Assembly (NCBI RefSeq): GCF_004010195.1
Contig: NC_057713.1
Location: forward strand, 102,416,124-102,480,123
DNA: 64,000 bases
Direction of reading: 5' to 3'
DNA from: Chiloscyllium plagiosum
Lineage: Eukaryota
Below the pieces are notes generated by a model that worked only from the letters and a program-made list of their open reading frames with translations, was not told where the DNA came from and made no database searches. Numbering within the stretch: the stretch's first letter is position 1; each line of letters begins with the position of its first letter. Below are positions 48,854 through 63,147 of this stretch, piece by piece. The position numbers and the translations under genes were made by a program.

Positions 48854-50177
48854 TAGTAATAAATAGGGTGGATAACAAGCAGCCAGGTAGGGTGTATGGG
48901 ATTCACAAAAGTTGTCACGTAAAAGGTGGAGTCTGTTGTTTGGGAAAATAGATTATCATGGATAGAGTATAAGCTAGCCAACAAAGCTTATTTGGGATAA
49001 ATGGCTCATTTTTAGGATGGAAAGCTATAACTAGTGGAGTGCTAGAGGGATTAGTGATAAGGCTTCAACTATTTGCTGTCTGTATTAATAGAGGAGGCTG
49101 ACTGTATTGTCACTAAATTTCTTACAATATTTAGATAGGAAAGCCACATTATGAAGAGGATAAAAAGAATCTGCAAAGATTGTAATTCAACTTTTTGCCC
49201 ACTTTCAATGTGGACAAATTTCACTCTCTGTACATTGGAATGTGAAATGCCCTGTACAGGAATAATATGTTGAACATATGAATAATCAGTGAAATAAATG
49301 AAAAAGCAAAAAAGATCTCACCTCCCTTACGCCTCTTCCCTTGCCCAGCCAATATCCCGTGCTTCCAATGCTACCTTTAACAAGGATATGGAGATGCCAG
49401 TGTTGGATTGGGGTGGACTTTTGACTTAATTAAATGGAAGTTTTGTTCAAGGCAAAATGATCCATGACCTCGGCCCTCAAATTTCAGACAGAATGCCTAA
49501 GGTGAATGTTAATAAAGGAATTCACCAAAACAAGCATCAAAGATACTAGATCTGGATAGCAAATAGCTGAATCAATCTCCTTTGATGGAACCATCAATCA
49601 CTGCTTCAAGTGTAAACCGCCCTATATCACTATCAAAGCATAATGTAAATTTCTTGCCTCCTCCAGCTTGTGGAATGTTATAAATACAGTAACTGGGTAC
49701 AAGATTTGAATTGATGTACCTTTCAATATTTCAGTTGTATAATAAAACTCTTCATTCTACGTGACCAAAGTGTCAGTGCATAACCAGTGAAATTCCAACA
49801 ATTTAAAATCACTCCATAGATGGAAGATATACAAAATTGAGATATACCATGCCAGAGTCAGATGTTTACATAAATACAGCAGAACGTAAACACAAAAATT
49901 CAAAGAAACATCCAAACTGCTTCCATTTTTTCACCACAACATGCCCATGTACTATATGGCACCATTTATTGACAACATTTGTCTGAATTTGAGTAAACAG
50001 CAAATAATTGGACTGATCGTGGAATTTTTAAAGTAAATTGTGTGGTATTTGCCAAAAGCAAAGAATTTAATATTCATTACAAACTGCATAATTTTAGACT
50101 GCAGAGAAATGGAGGGAGAACACCTCATCTTGGAACTTGGGACCTTCAACCACACAACATCAACATTGATGTCACTA

Positions 50178-51500
50178 GTCATAGATTCATAGAGATGTAC
50201 AGGACAGAAACAGACCCTTCAGTCCAATTCATCTATGCCGACCAGATATCCCAATCCAATCTAATCCCACCTGCCAGCACCTGGCCCATATCCCTCCAAA
50301 CGCTTCCAATTCATATACCATCCAGATGCCTTTTAAATGTTGCAATTGTACCAGCCTCCACTACTTCCTCTGGTAGCTCATTCCATACTCGTGCCACCCT
50401 ATGTGTGAAAAAGTTGCCCCTTAGGTCTCTTTTATATTTTTGCCCTCTCACCCTAAACCTATGCCATCTAGTTCCGGACTCCCTACCCGAGGGAAAAAAC
50501 TTTGTCTATTTATCCTATCCATGTCCCTCATGATTTTATAAACCTCTAGGAGGTCACCCCTCAGCCTGCAATGCTCCAGGGAAAATAGCCCAAGCCTATT
50601 CAACCTCTCCCTTCAGCTCAAATACTCCAAACCTGGCAACATGCTTGTAAATCTTTTCTGAATCTTTTAACGTTTCACAACATCTTTCCAATAGGAAGGA
50701 GATCAGAATTGCACATAATATTCCAACAGTAGCCTAAGTAATATCCTATACAGCCGCAACATGACGTCTCAACCCCTGTACTCAGTACTCTGACCAATAA
50801 AGGAAAGCATAGCAAACACCTTCTTCACTATCCTATCTACTTGCGACTCCACTTTCAAAGAGCTATGAACCTGCACTCCAAGGTCTCTTTGTTCAGCAAC
50901 ACTTCCTACGACCTGTAGAAGTGTATAGGTCCTGCTAAGGTTTGCTTTCCCAAAATGCAGCACCTTGCATTTATCTCAATTAAACTCCATCTGCCACTTC
51001 TCAGCTCATTGGCCCATCTGATCAAGATCCCATTGTAATCTGAAGTAACATTCTTCACCGTCCACTACACCTCCAATTTTGGTATCATCTGCAAACTTAC
51101 TGATTATACCTCTTATGCTCACATCCAAATTATTTATATAAATGTTGAAAAGTAGTGGACCCAGCACTGATCCTTGTGGCACTCCACTGGTCACAGGCCT
51201 CCAGTCTGAAAGCCAACCCTCCACCACTACCCTCGGTCTTCTACCTTTGAGCCAGTTCTATATCCAAATGGCTAGTTCTCCCTGTATTCCATGTGATCTA
51301 ACCTTGCTAACCAGTCTCCCATGGGAAACCTTGTTGAATGCCTTATTGAAGATCTCATCTACCGATCTGTCCTCATCAATCCTCTTTGTTACTTCTTCAA
51401 AAAACTCAAGAAAGTTTATGAGACATGATGTCCCATGCACAAAGACATGTTGACTATCCCTAATCAGTCCTTGCCTGTCCAAATACATGTACATCCTGTC
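50178..51500 (-). mobile_element. CR1 LINE 3' half inserted in a Penelope remnant
   Basis: RT motifs on the minus strand; the flanks 50100-50177 and 51500-51690 are PLE-like (LQPHNINID; terminal repeat). Confidence 0.88.
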
Positions 51501-53319
51501 TCCCGTCCCCCATCTCATCTCAGATTCTACCCTCCAATTCAGTACTGCCCTCTTCATCTGTCCATCTTCCTTCCAACCTATCTGCTCTACCCTCCCCATT
51601 GACCTGTCAATCATAAAGGGCTCACGCTCGACTCTCCTGCTCCTCAAATGCTGCCTGATCTGCTGTACTTTTCTAGCGCCACATTTTGACGGCAGAAAAA
51701 TATTAAATGCTTTAGCTTAATTATAAATAAATTGCACCAAAACCTTTCTCTATTAAAGCATGAGTTTTCTGCAGACTTATTTAAAGTAGTTTCTTGAAAA
51801 GTCAAAAAGATGTTTTTAAAAATGAAAACTTGATTCTCCATAATTGAGCAGTGCTATAAAAATTTCTACTTCAAAACACAAGAATCAGCAAATCCTTAAA
51901 CTGAAGGCTGAAACTTTGTTTACCCTCAAGGAGTTGTCTTTGGAATGCTTTGAAGTCAGACAACAATTAAAAAGGCTATTGGAGTGCTGCCAAGTTTCAA
52001 AGGCGGCTCTGAATTCAAAAGAGAGAATTGATAGTTCAGTTATACAGAGCCTTGGGTAGACCTCATGTGGAGTAATCCTGTTCAAGTTTGACAGTGCAAT
52101 GACTTCAGAGAATATAGAGTACAAATTCACCACAACAATACCAGATCTTGCAGGATTCAAGTACAATGACAGGTTGCATAATCTTGGGTCCTGATTATTG
52201 GCACTAAAATGACAGGAATGTGGTGGGTACATTGAGAAATTATTTCTTCCAATTGAGGAATCCGAAACAATGAAACGTGATCTTACAATTAGAGCAAGAT
52301 AACTCAGGTGGAACACTAAACGTTCTGTTACATAAAGGGTAATGGCAATTTGTAAATATCTCCTCTAAAAGACTGTGAAGGTTGAAGTTTTACTAAGATT
52401 GATTTTTGTTAGACAATGATCCAAACATTGTGAAGCAAAATAGACCTGTGCCACAATCTAACTGAACAATGGAGGAGGTTCAAGAAACTGATGGCCACTT
52501 CCTGTTCACACATCAGCTCAAAGTCTTGATCTATTGGAATGACAGCACTATGAAGCCTTGAATGGGGCTTTCAATATCTACATTGGAGCTGCAGAATGGA
52601 GTCCCAGAGAACAGGACTCTGATAGCAACAGATCTGTGTTCAAACATCCCTGGTCCAGTAAGTGATGATTAAGCACATTCGGATGACTTCATGCAAAAGA
52701 CATTGTTGAAGACAACTGTACAGTATGTATCACAGTTAGATGATAAAGAATATTGATGCTGCCAATTGTTCTGTGGATCTTTCAAGTCCATAATGAATAT
52801 TCAGATGATGTGAAGCATGAAGTTTAGGACTGTTCCAATCTTGCTTGGCTAACAATTGGCTACATTTTTGGTTTTAGAAAGGACAGCCTCTAGGTCAAAA
52901 ATGGCAGCTTGCTGCTCCATGACTTGAATTACATGGAATCAAACAGCAACAAATTTATTTTCCCTGCAGTTCATAAACTCTACAGATTACGCACAAATTG
53001 TTTAACAGAAGCTAGTTACAATGAGAGAAAGAGCTAAGCTTTCTTGAGAAAACTCCATCTTTACATATGCTTCAAACTCTTGGCTTCCAATTGGAAAGTA
53101 ATGTTCAGCTTTTGACTGGATATGATTAGCAAGTTGTTTTTTGATTACTCTGTCAAATGTAGATCCGTAATGACTATTCACTGAACTATGGGAAAATGTC
53201 ATGGCATTTCACAACAGGTACAACAAGGAGGCAGACCCTCAGGCTACTGCCAGAACAGGAGTCAAACCTATTGCTTTTGGCATCAATCTGATCCATACAC
53301 TGGAAAAAAAATAAATCAC

Positions 53320-53510
53320 TGAGTATGCTGGAGATCTGAAATAATAACAGAGTTAGAGAAACTCAGCAGGTCTGGCAGCAGCTGTGGAGAGAGAAAACAC
53401 AGTTAATGGTTCAAGTCCAATATGACTAGATATCAGAACCAAAACAGTAACTCTGTTTCTCTCTCCATAGATGCTGCCAGAACTGCCATGTTTCTCTAAC
53501 ACTTAGCTTC
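53320..53510. mobile_element. Degenerate Penelope-type hairpin mini-element
   Basis: Inverted arms CTGGCAGCAGCTGTGGAGAGAGAAA and TTTCTCTCTCCATAGATGCTGCCAG. Confidence 0.6.
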
Positions 53511-54219
53511 TATTTCATTCGTTAGCCATCTAGAACTATACATATAGAATTATATCCCTATATAACTATAGGGGAATGACCCCTTTCTGTGCTGTAATTC
53601 GGCCCAATGTGTCTATGCAAGTTAAATAAACCTGTGCCCATTCTAATTCCACTTACCAGCACTTGGTTCATAGGCTTGCAAATTACAACATTTCAGGTGC
53701 AGATCAAGATTTCTTTTAAATGGTTTGTGGGTTTCTGCCTCCATCCCCAAGCTGGGCAATGAATTCCAGACACCCACCACCCTCTGGATATAAAGGTTTT
53801 TCCTCATGTACCCTCTACTCACCTTTAATTCTCAAATCACCTTGAATTTGTAATAGACGTCTTCAGTAGAGGAAGCAGGACTTTACTGTTCATGCTATCC
53901 AAGCCCCAAATGATCTAACCAGTTCTTCCAATAGTAAAAGAAAAACAGTTCTTTTGAGAGTAGCCATCAGATTATTGAGAATAATTGAGAAATAATTAGA
54001 GCTATGAGAACCCCACTAGAGAATTACAGAGTAAGTCCAGAAATAAGAGAACGAACACTAAAGATTTGTGACCTAATTTTTGTGTTCTCAAAATAAATTA
54101 CAACTAGTTGTAGAGGTCTCATCTGTTGTGGCTGCACTATAGCAAGAACTGAGAACAGATTTCACTATTAGTTTCATCTGTACGTTTATTTCACAAGAGT
54201 CACAGAAAAATGAAAAGCA

Positions 54220-54988
54220 GATGGATTTTGATTTAATTTAGATAAATGCAAAGTGCTGCATTTTGGAAAAGCAAATCAGAGCAGGTAATGGTACTTACAC
54301 TTAATGGTAAGGTTCCATGGAGTGTTACTGAACAAAGCGACCTTGTTCATAATTCCTTAGAAGTAGAGTCGCAAGTAGATAGGATAGTGAAGGCGGCTTT
54401 TGGTATGCTTTCCTTCTTTGGTCAGAGTACTGAGGAGTTGCGAAGTCATGTTGCGGATGTACAGGACATTGGTCAGGCCACTGTTGGAATATTGCACGCA
54501 ATTCTGGTCTCCTTGCTATCGGAAGGTTGTTGTGAAACTTGAAAGGGTTCAGACAAGATTTACAAGGTTGTTACTAGGGTTGGAGGATCTGAGCAATTGG
54601 AAAATGCTGAATAGACGGGACTATTTTCCCTGGAGAGTCAAAGATTGAGGGGTGATCTTAAAAATCATGAATCCTTTTCCCTAGGATGGGAGTGTCCAGA
54701 ACTAGAGGGCGTAGGTTTAGGGTGAGAGGGGAAAGATATAAAAAGGACCTACGGGGCAACTTTTTCACACAGAGGGTGGTGCATGTGAGTGAGCTGCCAG
54801 AGGAAGTGGTGGAGGCTGGTACAATTACAGCATTAAAGGTCATCTGGATGGGTGTATGAATAGGAAGAGGTTAGAGGGATATGGGCCAAGTGCTGGTAAA
54901 CAGGACCAGATTAGGTTAGGATATCTGGTTGGCTTGGACGAGTTGGACCGAAGGGTCTGTTTCTGTGCTGTACATCTCTATGACTCTA
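54220..54988 (+). mobile_element. CR1 LINE 3' fragment
   Basis: [19 protein letters not shown]; CTATGACTCTA tail. Confidence 0.9.
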
Positions 54989-56544
54989 ACACTAATGTGC
55001 ACAAGAGGAAGTATTTTATGCAAAATGGAATCTTAAAACACAGGGATCATTCAGCCCTCAAGCATGTAATGGCTCTTTGAAATTACTATTCCTTTAGTCC
55101 AACTCCCTTGTTATTTTACTGTAGCACTGCAGCAACAAAATTTAATTTGCAAATATATTCTATCAGCCACAACACTAGCAGCTTGTTTTCCATAAGCATT
55201 CATTTGGCATAAGTCTGTTAAGATGATATACAATTGGGTATGCTTAATGTTAATTTTTTTTAAAGCAAATATTTTTGAATCTTTGTTCTAGTACTATTAT
55301 CAGGTTGGAGGATGGGAACACAGCCCAAAACCTTGGAATATGAGAAAGAAATGTAAAATGATGCATACCTTTAGACATCACATTACATGTCATCACAACT
55401 ACAATATGAGCAGTGTTCTCCTCCAATGTTTTCACCGTCTGGTGGGCCTTGAAGTGACAATTCCACATTACAATAGGCTGTGAGTCTACTCTTACAGTAT
55501 TGCTTCCCACAATTATTAAACTTGAAAATTAATATGATTTCAAAATGAAAGCAAAGTGGGGGGAAGCTGGAGAACTGACATCAATGCTTTATTCACTTAC
55601 TATTCTGTAGACCGTGATCAAGCCAAATTCATTCCACTGCATCCATTGAACTAAGGCAAAAAAGAAATTAGTGCATGTGCACGTCAATTTGGGCTCACAG
55701 CTGATTGATGGACTGTCTCACCTGAATCATTATTTCATAGTTGATACTGCTAGCAATACGAGAGGGAGTCGGTCATTGCAGGTTGTGATCCAGTTTTAGG
55801 AACTTAAATTGTTGGAGGTGCATACCATCATTTAAAGGCTACATCCATTACTCATTTACTAAGTTTAGGAAGCTGAATACAAGTGCCTACTTTGAGAAAA
55901 TGCCTCACAGAGTCAGACTCATTGCAACTGCTTCCATGCTTTTCCTCCCTACATTCATTTTATGGATGGAGGGCGTGTAAATTCTAACAAAATTATGCAC
56001 CTTAAGTCATGTGTTACGCAAAGGCACTGAGTCTCTGTTTTCTACTGATGTGTTGCATACTGGCAATCATTCCTGGTCACCCACAATATGATATCTGACC
56101 ACCTCTCACTGAATAATGACTGATTGACAAAAAAAATTATAATTAAGCTGCAAGATATGCTTTTACATACTAATGGAAAATTTAAATCTTTTGGCACAAA
56201 GTTGTGATTGTTGATTGTTTCTGAACTGCACATGAAATGATAAAATAGTTCAGCTAAAACAAATTTGGAGGATATAAGATGGGGCTGATATGGGGAAACA
56301 TTTCTCCTTATTAAGATAGAATTCAAAGAACACTGTTTAAAGGTGAAACACCATGGATCAACTATGCTCAGGAGTGATTGACTCCTCCATCCAAAAAATA
56401 AATTTCAAATCAGGGCTTTCAATGTCATCAATGAAGTTTTATATCTAAGTTCCAAAATGGGAAAATGGGCAAAACCTACCTCCCAACCAACAAACCACAG
56501 GTTAATTCTATTTTTCCACTCAACATAGATGTGTACACTTGACC

Positions 56545-56724
56545 TTATAGTTCATCATGATGATTGGTCTCCTCTTCCTTCAATTTGAACTCATCTGCAC
56601 TTATATTGCCATCTCCGTTCCGATCCTGATTGGAAAATATGTTCTCTATGATTTTGTCTGGTGGAAAACCAGGGGCCAGTTTCCCCTGACCACTTTCCAC
56701 TTGCATGAGGATATATTCGGAGAA
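56545..56724 (-). CDS. FKBP9: FKBP9 (FKBP prolyl isomerase 9) last coding exon
   Basis: After a TTCCTGCAG acceptor: FSEYILMQVESGQGKLAPGFPPDKIIENIFSNQDRNGDGNISADEFKLKEEETNHHDEL*, an EF-hand plus the HDEL ER-retention signal. Tail-to-tail with NT5C3A as in human. Likely polyA signal AATAAA at about 55588-55593 (-). Upstream exons were not seen in the window. Confidence 0.95.
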   Translation of the reverse strand, partial: FSEYILMQVESGQGKLAPGFPPDKIIENIFSNQDRNGDGNISADEFKLKEEETNHHDEL

Positions 56725-58585
56725 CTGCAGGAAGGAAAATAGTAGATTTTATAACAAATCATAAAAACAAAAAGAGCTGACCAAAGCTGTTACTCACACC
56801 ACTTATGCTGAAAAATAAAGCAAGGTGTTTTGTTTTTCAAAGCATTAGCGTTGGCTCAAAGAATAGCATTCCTGTTTTGAGTTAGAAAGTCATCGGTTCA
56901 AGTCATGGTTTGTAGAATTCAGGACTAAGTCTCAGTTATTTCTGCCAGTGGTAGTACCAAGACAGCACTGCCTGTTAAGGCAGCATTTCATTGTAGAAAA
57001 CTCTCAACTTAAAACAAGACATTAAGCAAATGGATACAAAAGATTCTACGTATTATCCAAAAGGTTGTGTTTACTTGTGTCACAACACTACAGCGAGCGT
57101 TTACTCCGCATGTGCAATTACGGTGTTAGTGCCAATCTGATTGTTTAGAGTGATGCTTTGAAGTGCATCTCTGTTTTAGATTTTCACTTTTTTTTCCCAA
57201 CAATCCCAAATAATCAGCTTTTGGGAATCAAGATTCAGCAATTTGCTTCCATTAGACTCTTCTGTCTATGTCTTATGTTTTGTGCAAGCTGTTTTCCCTT
57301 TACAACATAATCAATTAATAGAAGAAAATAAGCAGCCATTTTAAAATTCATATTATTGTAATGGCAAGAATAATGCTATTAAATTATTTTAATTATTTTT
57401 TTCAACATTGTTAACCTTCAAATTTTATCACTATAAGATTTTTAGACAAAGGTGAACTCCTACACTGATCCAATTTAAGGAAATCTTATCTGTTGAATTG
57501 CTGGAAATAGGAGTTCATCTTTAGTGAAAAAAAAATTGAATGTGTATTTTCTTTGTAAATATACATTCAGCTACCTATCCTTCTTCAGTGATAAGTAAGA
57601 AAATCACCATCCAATGTTGGGCTTGAAGCCATGACCCTAAGATTAAGACTCCCAATAATCACTAACTGAACAAAGTGGACTGTAGACAAACTCACTGCAC
57701 AAAGCCTTTCCAACCCAAGTTTGAGCTCCACAAGAAACCCTTAAGAAGCAACAATTGCATAATTCTGAAACATTACATGTACTATATTTCTAAACATGAA
57801 ACACTTCAGAGATTATTTTTTATACTAATCATGCAGCCCCATCCTAGTTACCAGAATCAAAACATTTAAAGACTTTGCAACCAGCCTCTGCTCACATCTC
57901 TCCATACCTTACGCAAGCACAGTAATTAGAATTCTCTTGTGCTCCAATACCACATTTTGTGGAGATTTTTAAAAACTTCAATGATGCTCTTGTCACTGGC
58001 TAGAAAGATGTCAGGAATAGTTGTGCATGCACAAGAGTCTGCAGTATGGGTCATGTTTGCATTCACAGTTGTTTCTAACAGCTTTCTAGTCAGCAGTAGG
58101 TGTTAAGAGTATATATTAGAACAAATAAAGGAGTTCTCCTCAGTGTCCTGGCCTATACGTATGTTCCTATTTATAACAATGACAACACTTCAACAACAAA
58201 GCATATTTACAGAACATCTTTAAAGAAGTAAAATATTCCGAGGTGCTTCACAAATCCATTATTGAAAACAATTTGACATCATACCACAAGGTGATATTAG
58301 GATCAAAATCTTGGTTGAAGACTTAGATTTTAAGGAGTATCTTCAAAGAAGAAGAAAAACGAAATGTCAAGGGAGAAAATCCCAGACCTTGGGTCTTCCA
58401 CCCCCGAAAGAATGGTGATCAACAGTGGAGCGATTAAAATTGGGATAGCCAAAAATTGACAGAGGGCAGATATCTTGGAGGTTTTGGGTCTGGAGGAGAT
58501 TATATGTACAGTGAGGAGCAAAACCTTGGAGAGATTTGAAAACATGACTTTTAATCACTTAATCATGCTTGAGCACAAGCCAATA

Positions 58586-58883
58586 GGGTGGCACGGTGGC
58601 TCAGTGGTTAGCACTGCTGCCTCAGAGCACCAGGGTCCCAGGTTCGATTTCAGCCTCGGGCGACTATCTGTGTGGAATTTGCACATTCTCCCCATGTCTG
58701 CGTGGGTTTTCTCCAGGTGCTCTGGTTTCCTCCCACAGTCCAAAGATGTGCAGGTCAGATGAATTGGCCATTAGGTGCATTAGTCAGAGGGAAATGAGTC
58801 TGGGTGGCTTACTCTTTGGAGGGTCGGTGTGGACTGGTTGGGCTGACGGGCCTGTTTCCACACTGTAGGGAATCTAATCTAAT
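58586..58883 (+). mobile_element. V-SINE (HE1-like)
   Basis: GGGTGGCACGGTGGCTCAGTGGTTAGCAC...GGTTCGATTTC head, V-domain and AATCTAATCT tail. Confidence 0.9.
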
Positions 58884-58934
58884 AAAAGAAATATAGGTCA
58901 GCAAGCACAGGAGTGACAAGTGAATGGCACTTGT

Positions 58935-59256
58935 CTTTTTTATTCATTCACAGGATGAGGGCATGAGAGGATGGTTAAGAGTCAACCATATTGCTATGGT
59001 TCTGGAGTCACATGTAGGCCAGACCAGGTAAGGATGACAATTTCCTTCCCTAAAGAACATTAGTCAACCAAATGGGTTTTTCCAACAATTGACAATAGTT
59101 TCACAGTTGTCATCAGACTCTTAATTCCAGATTTCTTTCTAATGAATTTAAATTCCACCATCTGCAATGGTAGGATTCAAACCTAAGTCCTCAGAACATT
59201 ACTTGGGTTTCTGGATTATCAGTCCAGCGATAATACCACAAGAGCATCACCTCCCC
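58935..59256 (-). mobile_element. tRNA-derived SINE (SacSINE1/Deu-SINE-like)
   Basis: Reverse-complement homologue of 28922-29275. Confidence 0.75.
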
Positions 59257-60369
59257 AGAGTTAGGTGAGAGTTAAGATATGAACAAGAGTTTTGGATAAT
59301 CTCAAATTGGTGGAGGGTAGAATTCAGACAGTTACCTAAAAGCACATTGAAATAGCCAAGTCCAGAGGTAATTGGATACCTAGACAAGGGTGAAGGTTTC
59401 AAGTGCAGATGAGTTGAGACAGAAGCATAATTAGGAAATAGTATAGAGTTCGAAACAGATTTTTTGGAAGCTCACCTTGGTAAAAATGTGACAGCAAAGT
59501 TGCAAACATTTTGGTTCAACCTCAAACAGTCAGCATGAGGGGGATGAAATTGGTAGCTAGGAATCAGAGTTTGTGAAAGGGACCACAAACAGTTGGTGTA
59601 AAAATCAGATCTAAACATTGATATACCAGTAGTGGAACCTGCTCAGCTATTTTACATCAAGTAGCTTCCTAATTGGCTTCCTATCTGTACCTCTCAGCTA
59701 ATTAAGGCCTGTATTGTAGTTCTGAAACATTGTCAGCACCACCAGGAGGGTTGCCACTGAGAAATGCAAGAGCCTATGAGAACTGAGCCAGGGAAAACCC
59801 TAACAAGAAGGTCACTGAGAGCCGTAAGTAATACCTTCTGTGCCCACAGCCACCACCATGACCACCACTCCCCCGACCCCCACTTGCCATGTGACCCTCC
59901 CTCCTGCCCTGCTGCTCGGTCACTTCACTTATTTAACCTTAACATAAAATCTTCTTTCATAGGCCTTCGCAACTGTAAGTCAGCTACCAACCACCTTGAG
60001 GCCGTCAGCCTCTTACATGCTGTACTACTGCTGGTAAAGTGCACCTATGATGTGATGGGGTCAGGATCTGACCCAGTTCGCTGTGTTGTTCCATGCCTTC
60101 AACTCCCAAACCCTAGTTAAATCTTGGCCAATGACTTCACTCTTCCTGATATCCAGCTGAGAGAAATTTCACAAAGAAAAGGACTACATAATATCAACTG
60201 GGTGAGACAGTTCTGGATCGTATTGCTTGAACATTTTTGAAAATAGTTATTTGGCAGAAAAAACATGAGATAAAGCTACATAAATGCTGTATTGTATGCT
60301 TCTCATACTTTTCCACATGCACTTTAAATATTTGGAAGAGGAAATATGCAGGGATATAAAGTAATATTA

Positions 60370-63005
60370 AAGGCATAACAGAAACATGGCTGAGAGACTG
60401 GATGCTCAAAGTTCCAGGTTTCAGAACCTACAGGCATGACAAAAGTACAAGTAAGTGAGGAGGGAGAGTTGCCCTTTTGACATCACAACAGTGCTGAGAG
60501 GGGATGTTCTTAAGGGGTCATCCAATGAGACCATACTTAAAAACAAGAATGGATGGTCACTTTGTTGGGACTATATTATAGAGACCCAAATAGCCAGCAG
60601 GTATTAAAAGAGCAGATGTGTAGAGAGATTTAGATACCTGTAGGAGTAATAGAGTAGTATTGGTTGGAGATTTTCATTTCCCCTGTATTGACTCAGCCAG
60701 AGTGTAAAAGGCCCAGATGGGGTGGAATTTGTCAAATATATCAAAGAAAGTTTCCTAAATCAATATGTAGAGGGCAACACTGGACCTCCTCTTAGAAAGC
60801 AAGGTCCAACAAATGACTGAAGTGTCAGATGGAGAGCACTTTGGATCCAGTGACCAAAACTCTTAGTTTTAACATAGTTATAAATAAAGATAGGACATGT
60901 CCATAGGTTAAGAGCAGGATCAATTTAGGACCATTAAGCAGGATCTAGCAGAGGTCGATTGGATGAATCCGTTTGAAGGAAAAGGACCGACTGGCAAATA
61001 AGAGACTTTTAAAAGCGTCATATCAAGAGTCCAGTGACTGTATGTCCCCGTTAGGGTGAAGGGAAAAACTGACAGGTTTAGGTATCCCTGGATGTCGAGA
61101 GATATTGTGTTCTGGTCAGAAAAAGAAAAAGACATACATTGGGTTTCAGCTATCGGCCTCAAGTGAATCTCCAGATGACTATAAAAAGTGTTGGAGCTTA
61201 TTTAAGAGAGAAATCAGAAGAGCACAAAGGGGGCATGAGATGGATCTGGCAGATAAGGGTAAATATAATCCCAAGAGGTTCTATAGCTACATCAAAAGTA
61301 AAAGAGTGGCTAGGGAGAGAATAGGTCCTCTTAAAGGGCAGCATAGCTGTCTATGTGTGGAGCCACAGGAGATGGGAGAGATTCTTAATGAATATTTTCC
61401 TCAGTGTTTACTGAGGAGAGAATCATAGATGCTAAGAAAGTAAGAGAAATAAATAGAGATGTTTTGGACTGCATACATACTAGAGAGGAGATTTTATAGC
61501 CTTAAAGTACATTAAGGTGGATAACATCCCCTGGGCCTGATCAAGTCCATCCTCGGATGTTGTGGGAAGCTAGGGAAGATATTGCAGACAGAGATCTTTG
61601 CTTCATCTTTAGATACTGGTGAAGTTCTGGAAGGCTAGAGGGTGGCTAATGTTGTTCCATTGCTTCAAAAAGGTAGCAAACACAAGCCAGGAAACTACAG
61701 GCCAGTGAGCCTGACATCAGTAATAGACAAGTTGTTGGAGAGGATACTGAGGGATAGAACCAACATTTGGATAGTCAAGGTCTGATTTGGGGTAGCCAGC
61801 ATGGATTTGTGCACTGGAAGTCACATCTGACAAATATTTCAGAGTTTTTCAAAGAGGTAACCATGTGGATAGATGAGTGAAGGACAGTGGATGTTGTCTA
61901 TATGGACTTTAGTAAGGCCTTTGACAAGGTCCCGCACTGCAGGCTAGCCATGAAGGTTAGGTGCATGGGATCTCGGAAGAGTTGTCAATTGGATTCAAAA
62001 TGGTAGGAATCAAAGGGTGATGGTTGAAGGTTGTTTCTTGGACAGGAAGCCTGTGACTCGTGATGTGTCACAGGGAATCAGTGCTGGGACCTTTGTTATT
62101 TGTTATTTACAGAAGTGATCAGGATGTGAATGTAGAAAGCATGATTTGTAAGTTTGCGGATGATACAAAATTAGGAGGTATCTTGATAGCGAGAAAGGTT
62201 ATCAAAAATTACAGAGGGATCTTGATCAGATGGGGAAGTGGGCTGAGGATGGGCAAATGCAATTCAATACAGATAAGTGTGAGGTGTTGCATTTTGGAAA
62301 GTCAAACCAAAGACTTCTACAGTAAATGGTAAGGTCCTGAGGAGTGTTGTGGGACAGAAGTACCCAAGATTACAAGTACAGAGTTCTTTGAAAACAGTGT
62401 CACAGGTAGACAGGGTGGTGAAGGAGGTCTTTAGCATGCTGATCTTCATCAGTCAAGGCAATGAGTATAAGAGTTGGGACATTATTTTACAGTTGTATTA
62501 ATCGCTGGTGAGGCCGCACTTGGAGTATTGTGTGCGGTTTTGGTCACCTTGTTATAGAAAAGATAAAGTTAAACTGGAAAAGTTCAAAGATGGTTTACGA
62601 GGATGTTGCCAAGACTAGTAGACCTGAGTTATAGGGAGAGGTTGGCCAGGATAGGACTTTATTCCTTGAAACATAGGTGGCCTTATTGAAGAGTATAACA
62701 TCATGAGGGGCATAGATAGGATGAATGCATATGGTCTTTTTCCCAGGAACGGGGAATTGAAAACTAGAGGATATAGGTTTAAGACGAGAGGGGAAAGATT
62801 AGGAAGGACCTGAGGGGCAACTTCTTCACACAGAGAGTGGTGCGTATATGGAATGGGCTGCCAGAAAAAGTGGTTAAGGCAGGTGCAGTAGTAACATTTA
62901 AAAAACATTTGGATACATACATGGATGCTGTGTGGGCACATGGTCAGCATTGACCAGTTTGGGCCGAAGGGGCCATTTCCATGCTATATTATTCTATGAC
63001 TCTAA
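60370..63005 (+). mobile_element. Degraded CR1 ORF2 (EN through RT to 3' tail)
   Basis: ITETWL, YYRDPN, VGDF, NPKRFYSYIKSKR, KFADDTKLGG; CTATGACTCTA tail. Confidence 0.9.
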
Positions 63006-63147
63006 TGGAAAGGGAGGGGAACTCTTTCAAAGAACTGACAGGAAACAAACGGGCCCCTTTATGTGTAGTAAGATTCAACGATTTCTATGATTGATTCTAA
63101 AGCACTTGGAGATATCCTGTGCTTATGAAAGGTATGTTTTTTTTAAA

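Noticed and set aside
46250-55650. Exon-like minus-strand segments between NT5C3A and FKBP9 (about 46360-46488, 49570-49719, 53063-53186, 55369-55520, 55601-55650)
   Set aside because: Some have plausible AG/GT borders, but the phases do not chain, stops intervene and I recognise no protein family. A hidden gene cannot be supported without RNA-seq or tBLASTn.
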